Assembly (NCBI RefSeq): GCF_021028975.2
Contig: NC_059434.1
Coordinates: forward strand, 28,334,001 to 28,398,000
DNA: 64,000 nucleotides
Direction of reading: 5' to 3'
Source of the DNA: Sphaerodactylus townsendi
Lineage: Eukaryota
Shown here: positions 49,824 through 62,000 of the stretch, piece by piece
Layout of the letters: each line of letters opens with the position of its first letter
Position numbering within the stretch: the first letter of the stretch is position 1
Notes under the pieces: generated by a model
The model's input: only the letters and a program-made list of their open reading frames with translations
Database searches by the model: none
Told to the model about the DNA's origin: nothing
Position numbers and translations under genes: made by a program

Positions 49824-51117
49824 AGGCCAAGGTAGCTTACCTTGCAGGGGTGGCCAGCAGAGGGGTGCTCACACCAATCCTGACCATAGTTCACTTAGGT
49901 AAATATAAACAACTGGGAAGGAGCAAAATGGTAGAAAGGAGGGGTTGTCATTGGCCAGACCCATCCAACATTTTAGTTCAATCCTATTCAACTACACCCC
50001 CCTGCCCTGTATTCTGTATTGTTTTTATGTGTGCAATCCTGTGGTCCCTAGCCTTTTGGGTAGTTTAAAGGGAACTACCTCCTCCCTTTTCAGCTGTGGA
50101 AAAGCTGGTTGAATCCAACCTAGGATAGTCAACCTAGATATATCTGAAGTTACCAATTTTCAGATGTGCTTAGAAGAGAAATAAGATGCAAATTGCTCAT
50201 TTTTCATAGGTTATTATGTCTGCAGAAGTTGAATTTTCTGTTTGCATAATTCAGATTTTTCCTTCAAATGTAAAATATTTAAAGAGGAATCTTGCTTTGT
50301 TTTATATATTTCTTGATTTGGCTTACTGCTGGTGGAAAAAAAACCTAGCACTGGGTGTACAAACAAAATGCTGCCAGGGCTGACTTTTCGTGCTTGTTTC
50401 TGAGATAAATTGATGAAAACCTTTCTTTTAGCTCTGAACATTGTCTGGTATCTGTTGTCCTGTGTATTAGCTAGGTGTTGACAAATTCATAACACCCAAA
50501 GCAAGTTAGCCCTGTCAGTTGAAGTGAAGGTTGCCAAAGACGTTTCAAGCTAAGGTTTTGACAGAAAAATTGTGTCCATGTAGAAATGCTCAGAGGAAAG
50601 CAGCTGTGGTACACATGGATCAAGCTTATGATGTGGGTAGAATATTTTGTTTTTGTCATCCTTAGAGTTTAATTTACCCATCCTTTTTGTTGGATTCTGT
50701 CCAATTCTTGCAGCGTAATCTGCCTGTTTGACACATTTTGGCCTCAACAAGGTTGGAGTAGCTGACAACCCGAGCAGTAAAATGACGGGTTCATCATGTT
50801 TCATGAATGGAAATTCTCACATTAAAAGAGGGAAGTCAACTAGAAGAGGGGCTGAGAGTTCACACTTTCCTATGTCTAACAGCCTTTGTTGTTGTTGTTG
50901 TTACTGAACTAGGGGGACTGCCAGTCCTCCATATGAGTGGATCACACACCATTTTTTTTAAATGTACGAAGTCATCATTTGAGCTGAGTGACAGATGTAG
51001 AAAAATTTCTGCACTTTAAGAAGACTTTTTATGATAATGCATGAATTGACCATTGGTGTAATTTGCTTATGTTGTCATGACATTTTGTGGACTATTTCAT
51101 ATTTTGTACTAAGAATG

Positions 51118-51378
51118 AGAGGAGCCACGTGGCGTAGCGGTTAAGTGCTTGCAGGTGTTCGAGCCCCCTATGGGTCAGATATCCTGGCAGCTGGCTCATG
51201 GTCACTCAGCCATCCATCCATTTCTTGATTGGTAAGTGAGTACCTAGCTCAAAGCTAGGGGGTAAAGAATAGCCGGGGAAAGCAATGGCAAACTACCCCA
51301 CAAAAGAGGCTTGCCTATAAAATCACTGCTTGCAGTGGTACCCCAGGGTCAGACATGACTGAAGGGGAAACTTTACCT
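51118..51378 (+). mobile_element. Sauria-type tRNA SINE with BovB-like tail
   Basis: A box gtggcgtagcggtt, B box gttcgagccc, gcaatggcaaac...gggtcagacatgactgaagggg and (ACCTTT)-like tail; perfect 11-bp TSD tactaagaatg (51107-51117, 51379-51389). Confidence 0.85.
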
Positions 51379-52220
51379 TACTAAGAATGCACTCCCTCCC
51401 CAAAAGTACATGGGATCAATCATGGATCCCAAAATGTTTGAAATTATTCATCTTTGTTCTATCAGATATGATTCAGGAAATTTTTCATTGTCCATAAGTT
51501 TCAGATCATTCCAATGCTGCACAAAGAAACAAAAGACCTATCTAACTTTTGGACATATATCTTCAGCTGGAGAAGGGAGTTAACAGAATTGAAGTCACAG
51601 TGCCCTTTGGACTGCAGCCAGTGTGGTTAGAAATTTAAAATTCAAATGCTAAGGGTGGAATGGGCTATTCATGGGCTATTTGTCCTATATGCAGCACAGC
51701 AATACAAAGTGCACTTTCACAACCTGATTTGCCCCTTTCCTATTGTACTGCCTAGTGAAACTGTAGACTAATGGAAGGAAGAGTGGCTAACTATTCTAAT
51801 TAGGACACGCTGAATAGGTTGAGCATCTGGCCCACTTTAAATGTAAGGATGTAATATTTATAACACAGTTTGTGAAAAGACGGCAAGAAGAAAAATGGGA
51901 CAGATTTTTATCTTCCTAAGAATTGTTGTAATGGAAAAAGTGGGTTCCTAAGCTGCACCCTCTCTCATTGACACACAGCAGAAGGTGGCTTTTAGTGGGG
52001 CACTCTGTGATACACTTACACACTTTTACATCAGCAATTAGATTCAATCCGAATGGTAGGAAGACGGGAGTGAGATCATTACTATTTTAAAATGGTAGTT
52101 GCGTGATAATTAAAGCAAAAATTCAGTACAATCCATTGACTTTCACTTTTTTTTGTAACCCACCACACTATGGAATGTAGAAAATAAAATAGCAGCAATC
52201 AGTTGTAGTCTTACCAACAG

Positions 52221-52690
52221 CCATATCCAGAGGGTTGTGGCGACTGGGGATGGCAACACTGCCCCACTGCTGTGCCACTTATAGAAGGGATCCAGGTGGC
52301 ACAGGAAGGCAGTGAAAATAGGAAAAACCCTGGCTGCTGGAGAATCCCCCATAGCTCACAATGCACTCACACCACTCTTTAGGGTAGCGTAGATCAGACT
52401 CCTGTGCTGAGAGTCTCCCTAGACCAAAAACCCAATGGAAGCTAAGGTCAGCTTTGCCTCCAGGAATGCCCCAGCTTGCCCCTGCCATGCCAGTGTCCAC
52501 CTTTAGGCTGGGGCGGCTCTATGGCAGCCTCTTCTAGTTTGGACACTGCACAGCTTCATAGTGCCTGGCTGCCCTATTGTATATCTTCCCCACTAGTGCC
52601 ACTTATGCTGGCCAGGTGGGCAAGTGCGTTGGAGTGGGCCTGTACCACTTCCAGATAGTGCTTTGCCCTCTACTGTAAAAATTAGGCTGT
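52221..52690. mobile_element. Old MITE with ACAGCC(C)AATCC-like termini
   Basis: acagccatatcc ... attaggctgt imperfect inverted ends around a GC-richer block. Confidence 0.35.
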
Positions 52691-55600
52691 CCAGGATGTT
52701 GTACATTGACATCTTTTTAAAAAGGGCACATGTTTTTATGCTACATATATTTATTTATTTATATGGATGTATAGCCTCTCCTGTCCCAAGGGTGAATGTC
52801 AGGAACTCCAGAGTCTGAACTGGAAATCTAATGAGCAGGAAAGGACAGGCCATACAACTTACAAGGAAATTTCCCAGTGGACCACTGACCTAGAGCACCA
52901 CTGATGTGCAAAAACAAGCAGAGCCAAGTCCCAGCAACTTCACCCAGTGACATAGGCATCGATTTTTTATGGGATGGGTTTGGAGGGCGGGACCACACCC
53001 CCACCCGCCCCTGGGGCCATGGCCATGCCTCCCCAAGTTCCACCCCCAGCCTCAGCGCTTATAAAAGCAGCTTTCCAAGGCCAGGGATGGGGTCAGAGGG
53101 CAGCTCTCAAGTACAGGCAAAGAGAGGAACATCCCACCAAGAGATAACACTTATACACTTAGAGAGATTTTGCACCCCCAATATCCAGGCATGCTGAGTC
53201 ACTATCACTCCAACATCCAGACTTCCTCTAGTGAGCCTAGGTTTGTGTAATCCTGTTGCTGTTCCCAGAGCCCTTAGCTCCTTGTCTGAGCCTCAGTGCA
53301 TGAACTTATGGAATATACCTTAAGGGCTTCCAATTTTACCCTTTAAATATGTGCTATATACAACAGAACCAATCAAAAACCATTTTACAGAAACAGAGAT
53401 GAATACTCATTGGCAACAGGGCAATATTTTCTCAAGGTTTATTATGGTCTTCACATATTTTACAGGAACCTTGTATGGCAAAATTAATATATGTGCTGAA
53501 AAATGATTCCAAAAACAATGGTTTGCTCGGGGATTAATGGTTTGGTACAATTCAGCAAATGCCTTTTCCCCTAGAATGCATTAATGAAACAGCAGTGCAT
53601 TGCAATCTACTTATGAATAGCAGTCTGTAGCTTCCATAAGTAAATTACAGATTTTCTTTTAAAAAACTTTCTTTATTGCAATATATACAGAGTTTTAATT
53701 TATGAGTGTGCAGCATTACAATTATATCAGCTGTGACAGATAGGATCTATTTTTAAAACATGGTCTCATCTGAATTTAATTATTTTGCCTCTGTCTCCAT
53801 ACGTTTCTCTCACATCCCTGATTAACAGCATTGCATGAGAGCAGGTACAGGGTGTAAGTGGAACCTATCTACCACTTCTCTCCCCCCCCCCTTTTTTTTT
53901 ACAATTTAGCTGGTACAATCAAAACAATTCCTATTCTGAAAATACAGTGGAGCTACACTTCTTCCCTATTCAACTTACAGTACAGGTTTGCCAGGTTTCC
54001 ACATTGTCTATCTTATCAGTGTTCAAAGTTTCACCATCACATTATAAAGATTACAGGTAGTGTTGGGGTTATCTGATTGAGCCATTAAAAAGAGAATCTA
54101 CCAGAAGCAAGTGTAGAAGCATTTCAGTTTTTCTTAAAACTTAGAAAGTTGTAATGAGAGGAAAGCAGGATTAGAACATGTGAATAGGAAGCATTTTGCA
54201 GGGCTGACAGTGGAATCCATGATTGGGGTGGGGGACTAAAAAGTCATGGATGTGGTGTGAGGGCATGTTGATGTGAGTGCCCTGTACCCTGGCACAAGGG
54301 GAAAATATGTCAGAGGAAGGGGCATGGACAGCAGCCCACCCAAAGCCGGGAACAGTGTTGCAGTACCCCACTGCCTCCAAGGGATCTAGGCGGTGCAGGG
54401 AAGAAGCTTAAACAAAAACCCCAGCCTATATGAAAGTCCCCCATAAGGCTAAATGGAGTTACTCTAGCCTTTTGGTTAGCGTAAATCCAAGACCCTGGCC
54501 AGCATATTCTCAGTCCTAAAGCCCTGCCCAGCATGGATTCCTGACCCTAAAGCCCATTGGCTCCACCCTGATTCACCCCCCTGCATTGGTGCCCAATTGG
54601 ATTAGATACCAGCATTGCTCCACAGAGGCCATGATTTCTGGGTTTCACGGCTGTGGAGCTGAGAGGCAATAGGATGCTGGCATGTTTGCTTCCTCTGCTG
54701 GTGGAGGTACTGGTGGAGGAGGCAAATGTGTTAGCACAAGACCTTGCTACTTCCCAAAGCTGTTTCAGGCCCCTTCTGGATTGGGCAATAATGCTGGTGG
54801 CAGGGTGCCGCCTGACTACATGGAGCCCAAATATGGCAGCTACTGTGGTGTCAGCGTTCCTCCACTACAGCAGCCCATGCTGGAACTTTTGGGGGCATAC
54901 CAAGAGTTTTCCAGGGGGTGGAGCTGAATTTACTTAACTTCCTGTGGCCTTTCCACCTGGGAACACCCCCTTTGGCTGGCACAGACTTATGCCAGCTAAA
55001 ACTATGGTACAGCCCGTTAAGATGCATATGGGGTTTCATGACATCTGGGGATTTCTTCTGTTTTTCATGCTTACCACATCTGAAACCCCTTTGGAGGTGG
55101 CATAGCTACATTGACGCAGCACCACCTCTGGAAACTGCCTCCTTGGATTGCACTGCCCTTGAAGGACACTGGGCAGTCCTCTTTCTCTCTGAAAGAAGCA
55201 ATCATTTTCCACAGAGTCATGCAATGATCATCAGTGCTGCTGCACTGCATTTATTGACATTTTCTTGATAAGTAGTGTGTTCCTAATCACTGTTACCACC
55301 TCCTATGATGATTGAAGTCAACTGGCTTAGAAGGGTATAGAGCTGCTTAACACTGCACTGTTTGTGGCATTTAGGGTTACATGTTTTATCCATATTTAAT
55401 AGCCAGATGTTCAGAAATCCCTTTGATTTCTTCCTCAGTTTCCTTGATTGATAAAACTATGCAATTCTAAAAGTTGTTACACCTGCCATATCTGCTGTCT
55501 CGCAGCTGGTTCCTTTGGGCACCTGTTTCTTCTGAAGGGCAAAATGAAAGGGTTACTTCTGTAGCAGGCAAGAAATAAGGAAATAAGGATGAGTGGAAAG

Positions 55601-56084
55601 ACTAGCCCAGTAAGAAATATAGTTGTTGCATTCTCTCTGAGTGGTTTCTTCACATGGTCTGTAAATGTGACGACTGAGTGCCTTGGTTCCTGCTCCTAGC
55701 CACAAAGCATTCATCCAGTTTGTGTGTATGGTACCAAAAAGTATATTTGTTGTACATGCATCAATTCAGAAATCCTGAAAAAAGAGAGACCTTGATCACT
55801 TGGATGGAGCCTGTGATAAAAGTGGTACACATGTCAAATGTGACATTTTGCTCACTCTGGGTTGGAAAATTCCTGGAGATTACTATGTGTTTATTTTTAT
55901 TCTTTTTATTTATATATTCTTTTTATTTCTCCAGCTGCATCCCCCTGACAAATCTCCTGCAAAGCCATAGGAATATATTTTATTTATTTATTTATTGAAT
56001 TTCTAAACCGCCCTCTGTCAGGCTAAATTTAGACCTGTTGCTGTCATTGAATATACATTTGCTGTTAGATGCTAAGAAGACTAA

Positions 56085-56263
56085 GGTCGAATCCCCACTA
56101 CCGTCTTAGCCAGGTTTCAGAACACAAATGACCTCAAACCTGGCTAGTTTGTGTTCTGAAACCTGGCTAAGACGGTAGTGGGGATTCGACCGGGGAGGTC
56201 GTCCCTCAAACCTGGTTACTTTGTGTTCTGAAACCTGGCTAAGACGGTAGTGGGGATTCGACC
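56085..56263. mobile_element. PIF/Harbinger-type foldback MITE with duplicated right arm
   Basis: The 44-bp left arm (56085-56128) is the perfect reverse complement of both 56148-56191 and 56220-56263; TAA TSD at 56082-56084 and 56264-56266. Confidence 0.9.
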
Positions 56264-57184
56264 TAAGTGCTGCCATTGCACTCACCAAGCATGTTCCCCT
56301 TTCCACTTCCCTTGGAGACGTTACATCTTGCTCAGAATGTCAAATTACCTTGAAATGGCTCTGTGCCCATGTGTGTACATATATATGTGTGAGAACCACT
56401 GAGCCATAGTCTATGAAAATGTCAATACGATTCCCCACACCCCTTTGTTTATTTATTGTGCCTGCAATAGACTAAGCAATTTTTCTCTGTGGAATTTTTC
56501 TTACATGTGGGGATGAGCCAGCCTGAAACTCCGCTTGCATAGCAGTTGAATGCTAACATCCTGGCTGGTAACAATGGGTGGTAGAATCTTAACATGCTGA
56601 GATATTTATTAGGTTGGTGGCTGAGATTTTTATTTTTGGGATGTTAAGACCATATCAGCACAATAAGAAAGGAAACCCGTGTGCTAAGAATCCATTTTCC
56701 TTGGCCTAATGAAACAATGTTTTACCAGGAAGTGGCACTTGAGGGTTTTCAATGTCATTGAAAAGGAGAAAAGTATTTAAAATATATCTTTGCCTACTAT
56801 AATGTTCCTACACTTTCAAATTCAGCGAGGGAGCTTTTTCCTCACAAGAATCTAAAACTGTCCCCTCAGGAATTGAGCAGTCCTTGCTGTATGGTTTTGT
56901 TCAGTAGGGTAGCTTGTGAAAAAGGAAATGTTGATAAAAAAAAATCATGACCCACCCTTAGCTAAAATGTATGTATTCTATGAAATTAGATCAGTTAGGC
57001 TTATACTTCTATTTTCTGTGCGTTCCACACAGTGGGACTGCACCTGAACAGGTCTGCAATGAAAAAAATCTTGAGCTTCTAATCTAGGGGCACTCCAGCT
57101 ATTTGCATTGCCTTGAGGCTCTTCCCTCCAACAGTCACATGCTCAATGGGCCTGTTTCATCCTATTGATAGTGTTGATTTACAA

Positions 57185-57830
57185 CATGTAGTCCCCCTTA
57201 GACTACCAGATAGACGTCATCCTCTGTCAGCAAAAATGGAGGGGATCAATTTCTGCTGTGAAAACTCTACCAGGTGCAGACTGTGGGTCTGATCACCAAC
57301 TCCTTATAGCTAAGGTCAGGGTCAGATTGTGCAAGATCTGCCATGCAAACGTCCTGCCATGCAAAAGAAATTTGATGTCAGCAAGATACCTGCACAACAT
57401 GCAGTTGAGGTGAGAAACAGGATTGCTTTACTCAGACAGGAAGAAGGAGAGCCAGATGAACTATGGGCAAAGATCGAAGGAACCATCATTGAAACTGTGC
57501 CCAAACATGTGCCATCCAAGAAACCAATATGTGGTGGAAACTGGCTAACAGCAACAAACCCTCAAGGTTAGATGAGGTGAGATAACTCAATGCTGATTTC
57601 CAAAGAGAAGCTAAGGCTGATTCCGCATGGGCCAAAAACAGTGGTGTGAAAACGGTGTGAAAACAGTGTAGACCCTTTTACACCGTTTCAAACCCTTTTA
57701 CACCATTTTCACACCGTTTTCACACTGCTGTTTTTGGCCCATGTGGAATCAGCCTAGGAAAGATAAGAACAACTTCCTAAATGCCCAATGCAAGAGTTTT
57801 GAAGAAAATTATAAAAACACTAACAAGTAG
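57185..57830 (+). mobile_element. RTE/BovB-like LINE internal fragment (endonuclease C-terminus and linker)
   Basis: YQIDVILCQQKWRGSISAVKTLPGADCGSDHQLLIAKVRVRL...EVRNRI...PDELW...LNADFQREA|KDKNNFLNAQCK matches the BovB pattern KTRPGADCGSDHELLIAKFRLKL...EVRNRF...PDELW...LNAEFQRIARRDKKAFL. Confidence 0.9.
57615..57754. mobile_element. Palindromic PIF/Harbinger-type MITE nested in the RTE fragment
   Basis: Arms ggctgattccgcatgggccaaaaacagtggtgtgaaaacggtgtgaaaa / ttttcacaccgttttcacactgctgtttttggcccatgtggaatcagcc; flanks TAA/TAG. Confidence 0.85.
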
Positions 57831-58162
57831 GAAAACTACATTTCACTTGGGAACATGCAGCTGTTGCCTTGGTATAAAAGTCCTTCCTGAGTAACTCCCA
57901 ATGATTTACAGTACGAGTAGGAACTTTCCACACATCTTTAGCAATGTTCTTGGTCTAAAAGTTCTGTTAGGTGTAAATGATCAACAGGCATTCTATGATT
58001 ATCATCCAACACTCTTATTTCAATAACATCTGTGTTCCTTCAACAGAACCAGAGAGGATGCTGATGAATAATCCTATGTATTGAATTGCAAGCCTTCTGT
58101 TTCAGATTATTACAAGGACATCAACAGAACTGCTGTTTGTGCTCTCAAAATTCCTGAGGGCA

Positions 58163-58365
58163 TAAGGTTGTGAACCTCTAGGTGGGACCTGGAGTTCTCT
58201 GGGAATTTTAACTAATCTCTACAGATCAGTTCTCCTGGAGAAAATAACAGCTTCAGATGATGGGCTCAGCAGCATCACATCCCTACTGAGCTTCACCCCC
58301 TCCACCTTTCCTAAACTCCACCTCCAAATTTCCAGGAATTGCCCAACCTGGAGCTGCTAATCATA
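58163..58365 (+). mobile_element. TAGGGTTGCCA-terminus repeat copy
   Basis: taaggttgtgaacctctaggtgggacctggag...cagatcagttctcctggagaaaat...ctccacctccaaatttccaggaattgcccaacctggagctg. Confidence 0.7.
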
Positions 58366-58989
58366 TTAGGACACCTCAGAATACAACAGGAATAATCAGT
58401 CTCCAAGGGAGGACCATTCTAACCATCAAAACCCACCACAAACCCATTAAGCAAGCAGATCAGTGCAACTTCCATTCAGAATCAGGCCCTTTCCTAAAAT
58501 GTTTGTAAAATGTTTTTAAAACATTTTCAGTCTACCCCCTTTTGTTTGCACACATACCCTAGAAATGATTCCTGGCCACCATTTTCGGTTTCCCCCCATT
58601 TTTGTCTCAGTGTGTGGACAAATCAGTGCCCCGTTCTACAGTTCTCTCAGTCTTCTGTAGTCAGTGCTGTGAAGACTAAGCCCCCCAAAATCTCAAAAAT
58701 ACTCAGAAACAGGGCAAGGCAAGGAGAGAACAATAACAAAAAGGCATCTTAAAGGGACAGCACACAAACCTAGCTTTTAAAAAATGTTTCAGCCAAAAGA
58801 ATCACTACAAAAGAACATGCATTTAAAACATTTTGAGACTGCAAATAAAATGTTTTGGGAGAAAAGGCAGAACTCCTTGGAGGAAATGTTTTATTTCCTG
58901 GCGCCAAAACATTTTAAAGTGTCTGTGCAGAAATAGCCTCAGTCTATTTCTGTTTGGATTGACAACAGGAGATAGCCACTGCCAACATA

Positions 58990-59092
58990 GTGTACTTGTA
59001 AGCTCCTCAGAGCCATCTAGTTGCCCAGTGCTAGAAACAGAATGCTGGAATAGATAGGCCTTTGGTCTAATCTAGCAGAACCATTCTTGTCA
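58990..59092 (+). mobile_element. Old CR1-family 3' UTR fragment
   Basis: cttgtaagctcctcagagccatctagttgcccagtg...gaaacagaatgctggaatagataggcctttggtctaatctagcag resembles the recalled squamate CR1 3' end. Confidence 0.55.
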
Positions 59093-62000
59093 TGAGGATG
59101 TTTTGAGAGGTGCAGAATGAGCCTGAAAAAGGAAATGTTGTCTGCATAACACGTACGATGATGGCGGTACTCTCTGCATACGAATCACAGGACAAAAACA
59201 AAGTTATAGTTGTAGTTGATATCAGATATAAAAAGAGGAGTATTGACAAATTTCCCACTGTTGGGATAAGTTCCCTTTTGCCACTGTGAGGCAGCAGAAT
59301 AGAGCAGCTTTTGTATTTATGAGCACTCGGTGAGCTCTTTGACAGGTTTATTATTTGTTGGCTTTCTCCAGCATTGCACAGTAAAAATTGTTTTTAAAGA
59401 GTATTCTGAAGTCTAGCTGGCTACCACTGTATCAAACCCAATCAATCTGCTAATGTATTTTGCTCCCTTGATTGATAACTGGTGCGGTAGTTTGGCATTT
59501 CAGGGAAGGAGAATGGGACTTGGTGGTCATTAATCCTTTCTCTCTCCCTTGAGCAGCGGCTAGCACCATTATCCACATTTCTAACTGCTGATTTCAACAA
59601 TCTCATGGCCACTCAGCCCGGCACCAAATTCACCACTGTCCATTTCATTCTCCAAAGACATTTCATCATCTCGGGCCTGGAAGCTCCTGCTGGGATTTTA
59701 ATAGCCAAAGGGACAACTTTGTATAACTGCACCATTAATTTTGGCTCATTCTGTTTAAGAAATGCACCCTGCTAAGAGACATATTGGATAACAGGGATGC
59801 TGAAGAACTCACTTTGCTGCCAGAGTATGATCTTTCACTATTAGTCTGCCAACAACAAATTTTACCAGGAGAGTTAAACTCTGTGTAGGCTCTCCTGTTG
59901 TCCTCCTCCTGATTAGCCATGGTTATTTTCAACTATTCTGTTCCAAGGTTTATTGCACCCACTGAACAAGCCATCTTTGCATGTTTTTAGTGCTCTGAAA
60001 ATGTGAATAAGCTCAAGTGTGCAGTGACTAAAATGGCTGGAATCATTAAGCCAAACCAGCCCCCACAGAAAGAAGAAAATTAGTTATGTTATGTAAACAA
60101 ATGTCTATAAGAATAAAAGGGCAAGCGCACAGTAATCAAAGCAGAAGAGCACACAAACAGACCTAGGATTTAAACAGTGTTGAGGGGATAGATTTGGAGA
60201 CAGAGGGAACTGGGGAGTTTTTAAGGGGTAATCCTGTACCAGATCCTGAAGTGGCTTTGGGTCCAAGAAGCAGAGTTCAGGGTCCACCTGCCCTCCAAGG
60301 AGGGCAGAAAGTAGATGACACACAGCACAACTGGACCGTAGGTTGGCTCAGAAGTACTGGGCACTGGATGTTAAGTGGGGGGCAAATTTATAGGAAAGGT
60401 TGGGTGCTCTGGTGATGCAAAGAGACTGTCCCACGTATATCAGAATCAGTGAGGTGGTGGGTCAGTAAGTTGTAATTCGCTGTGTCAAATGGCGATTCTG
60501 GCCATACACAGAAAATTACAATCCAGCAGAAGAAATGAATGTTTTAGAAATCCTGTCCTCTATTCAGCTCATGTTGTTTTGTGATCAGACGGACTCAGAT
60601 GACTTTGGGTGAGATTGGAGGGGGCTCCCTAAACTCACTGGAAGTGACCTAATTCCAGTCATGTTGGACACAATAAATAAGGAAGAGCTGTAAACATGGC
60701 TTTTTCTTTTGCCACTCATTATAAGAGAAAACCGTTACCTGGCAACTGTCCACAAGGGAGAGAAGCCAGCCATGATGGTCAACAACTAGCCTGTTGGCAA
60801 CCCTGCTGGTGGGAGATTGAGCAGGCTGGTTTAGATTTTTTCCATTAGTTAGTGCGAGGATTTAAAAAAGCAGGGAGGGGAAATCCATTTGGGAATGTAT
60901 ATTAAGGATGTATAGCTAATTACGATTTCCTACCCAACAATTTCAACACTTTTTTCAAGTCCTGCTTTGTGATTGATCAGGATGACTATGGGCCAAACTC
61001 ACCCAGATTAATTGTGGGAGAATACAGTGTTTATGGCATCATATTTTCATGAATTGTTAACCGTATAAAAGATAAAGAAGAAATACACAATAGATTTACC
61101 ATTTAATATTTTCAGAATATATTGTTATGACATTTGTGGTTGGGTGGCTTGGCATAAAACTTCAATAACTTTTCCTTTGAATAATAAAGACATCTAAATC
61201 AAACTCAATTATGTATGTGGTTGCTAATAATAGAAATATTGTTTCACATAGACACAGAACTGCATTAGTAGATTTACAGTTAAATCCCAGCGTCAGTTAC
61301 AAGCCTTCTAAACTCATTGACTTCAATGGACTTGGGATACTATAATTCTATAACTATTACTATGCCATGGTAATTCATTCTACCTTCACTCCCACTCTAA
61401 TTTTACACACTAAAAATCATGTCATTTATAGCTGCTTCACTCTATCACTATTCTGCCTTATTTTTGATTTGGGCTTGGGTTGAATTCATGTGCATTATGA
61501 AAAAATAATCAGAATATTCCATAACATTTATGAACTACTCTCAGCACTGCCAGAAATACCTGAGAGGTCATGTATGAAAGATTGATAAATGAGTATTGGA
61601 ATGAATAATAGGCTGCATCTGGCCAGATGTTCAAACATGGACTGAATATTTTTTTTAAAAACTGAGAACTTGCCTTGTTTGTGATTTGGACCCAAATTTG
61701 TTGCACAATCTATTCTATTGATATTTGTGATAGAGCCAAAGTTTATGAACCCCACATACAAATACTGTTCTACCAAGCACCCTGCTTTAGCCTCCTCCCT
61801 CTTCCCCCATAAGCAGTCAGGGCACATTTTGGGAATATTGGTAAACCAGAAGTATCATCACTATCAGTGGAAGATAGATAACTATCACTGTCTTTTTCCA
61901 CTGTGAAAGTTGGCTATTTGGACTCCCCTAATTACGTATTGTCAGGAATAAATCAAGGAGTTCATATGTACATTTTGAGGCTAAGTCATGTTTGAATATC

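Noticed and set aside
51118-51170. tRNA gene
   Set aside because: The A and B boxes belong to a SINE head flanked by an 11-bp TSD; there is no complete cloverleaf.
51505-51639. Exon-like open frame IIPMLHKETKDLSNFLDIYLQLEKGVNRIEVTVPFGLQPVWLEI after ttcag
   Set aside because: Weak acceptor and donor, no recognisable protein match, and a length compatible with chance.
56085-56263. CRISPR-like repeat-spacer array
   Set aside because: Only two direct copies plus one inverted copy, with a TAA TSD, in a vertebrate context with no cas genes.
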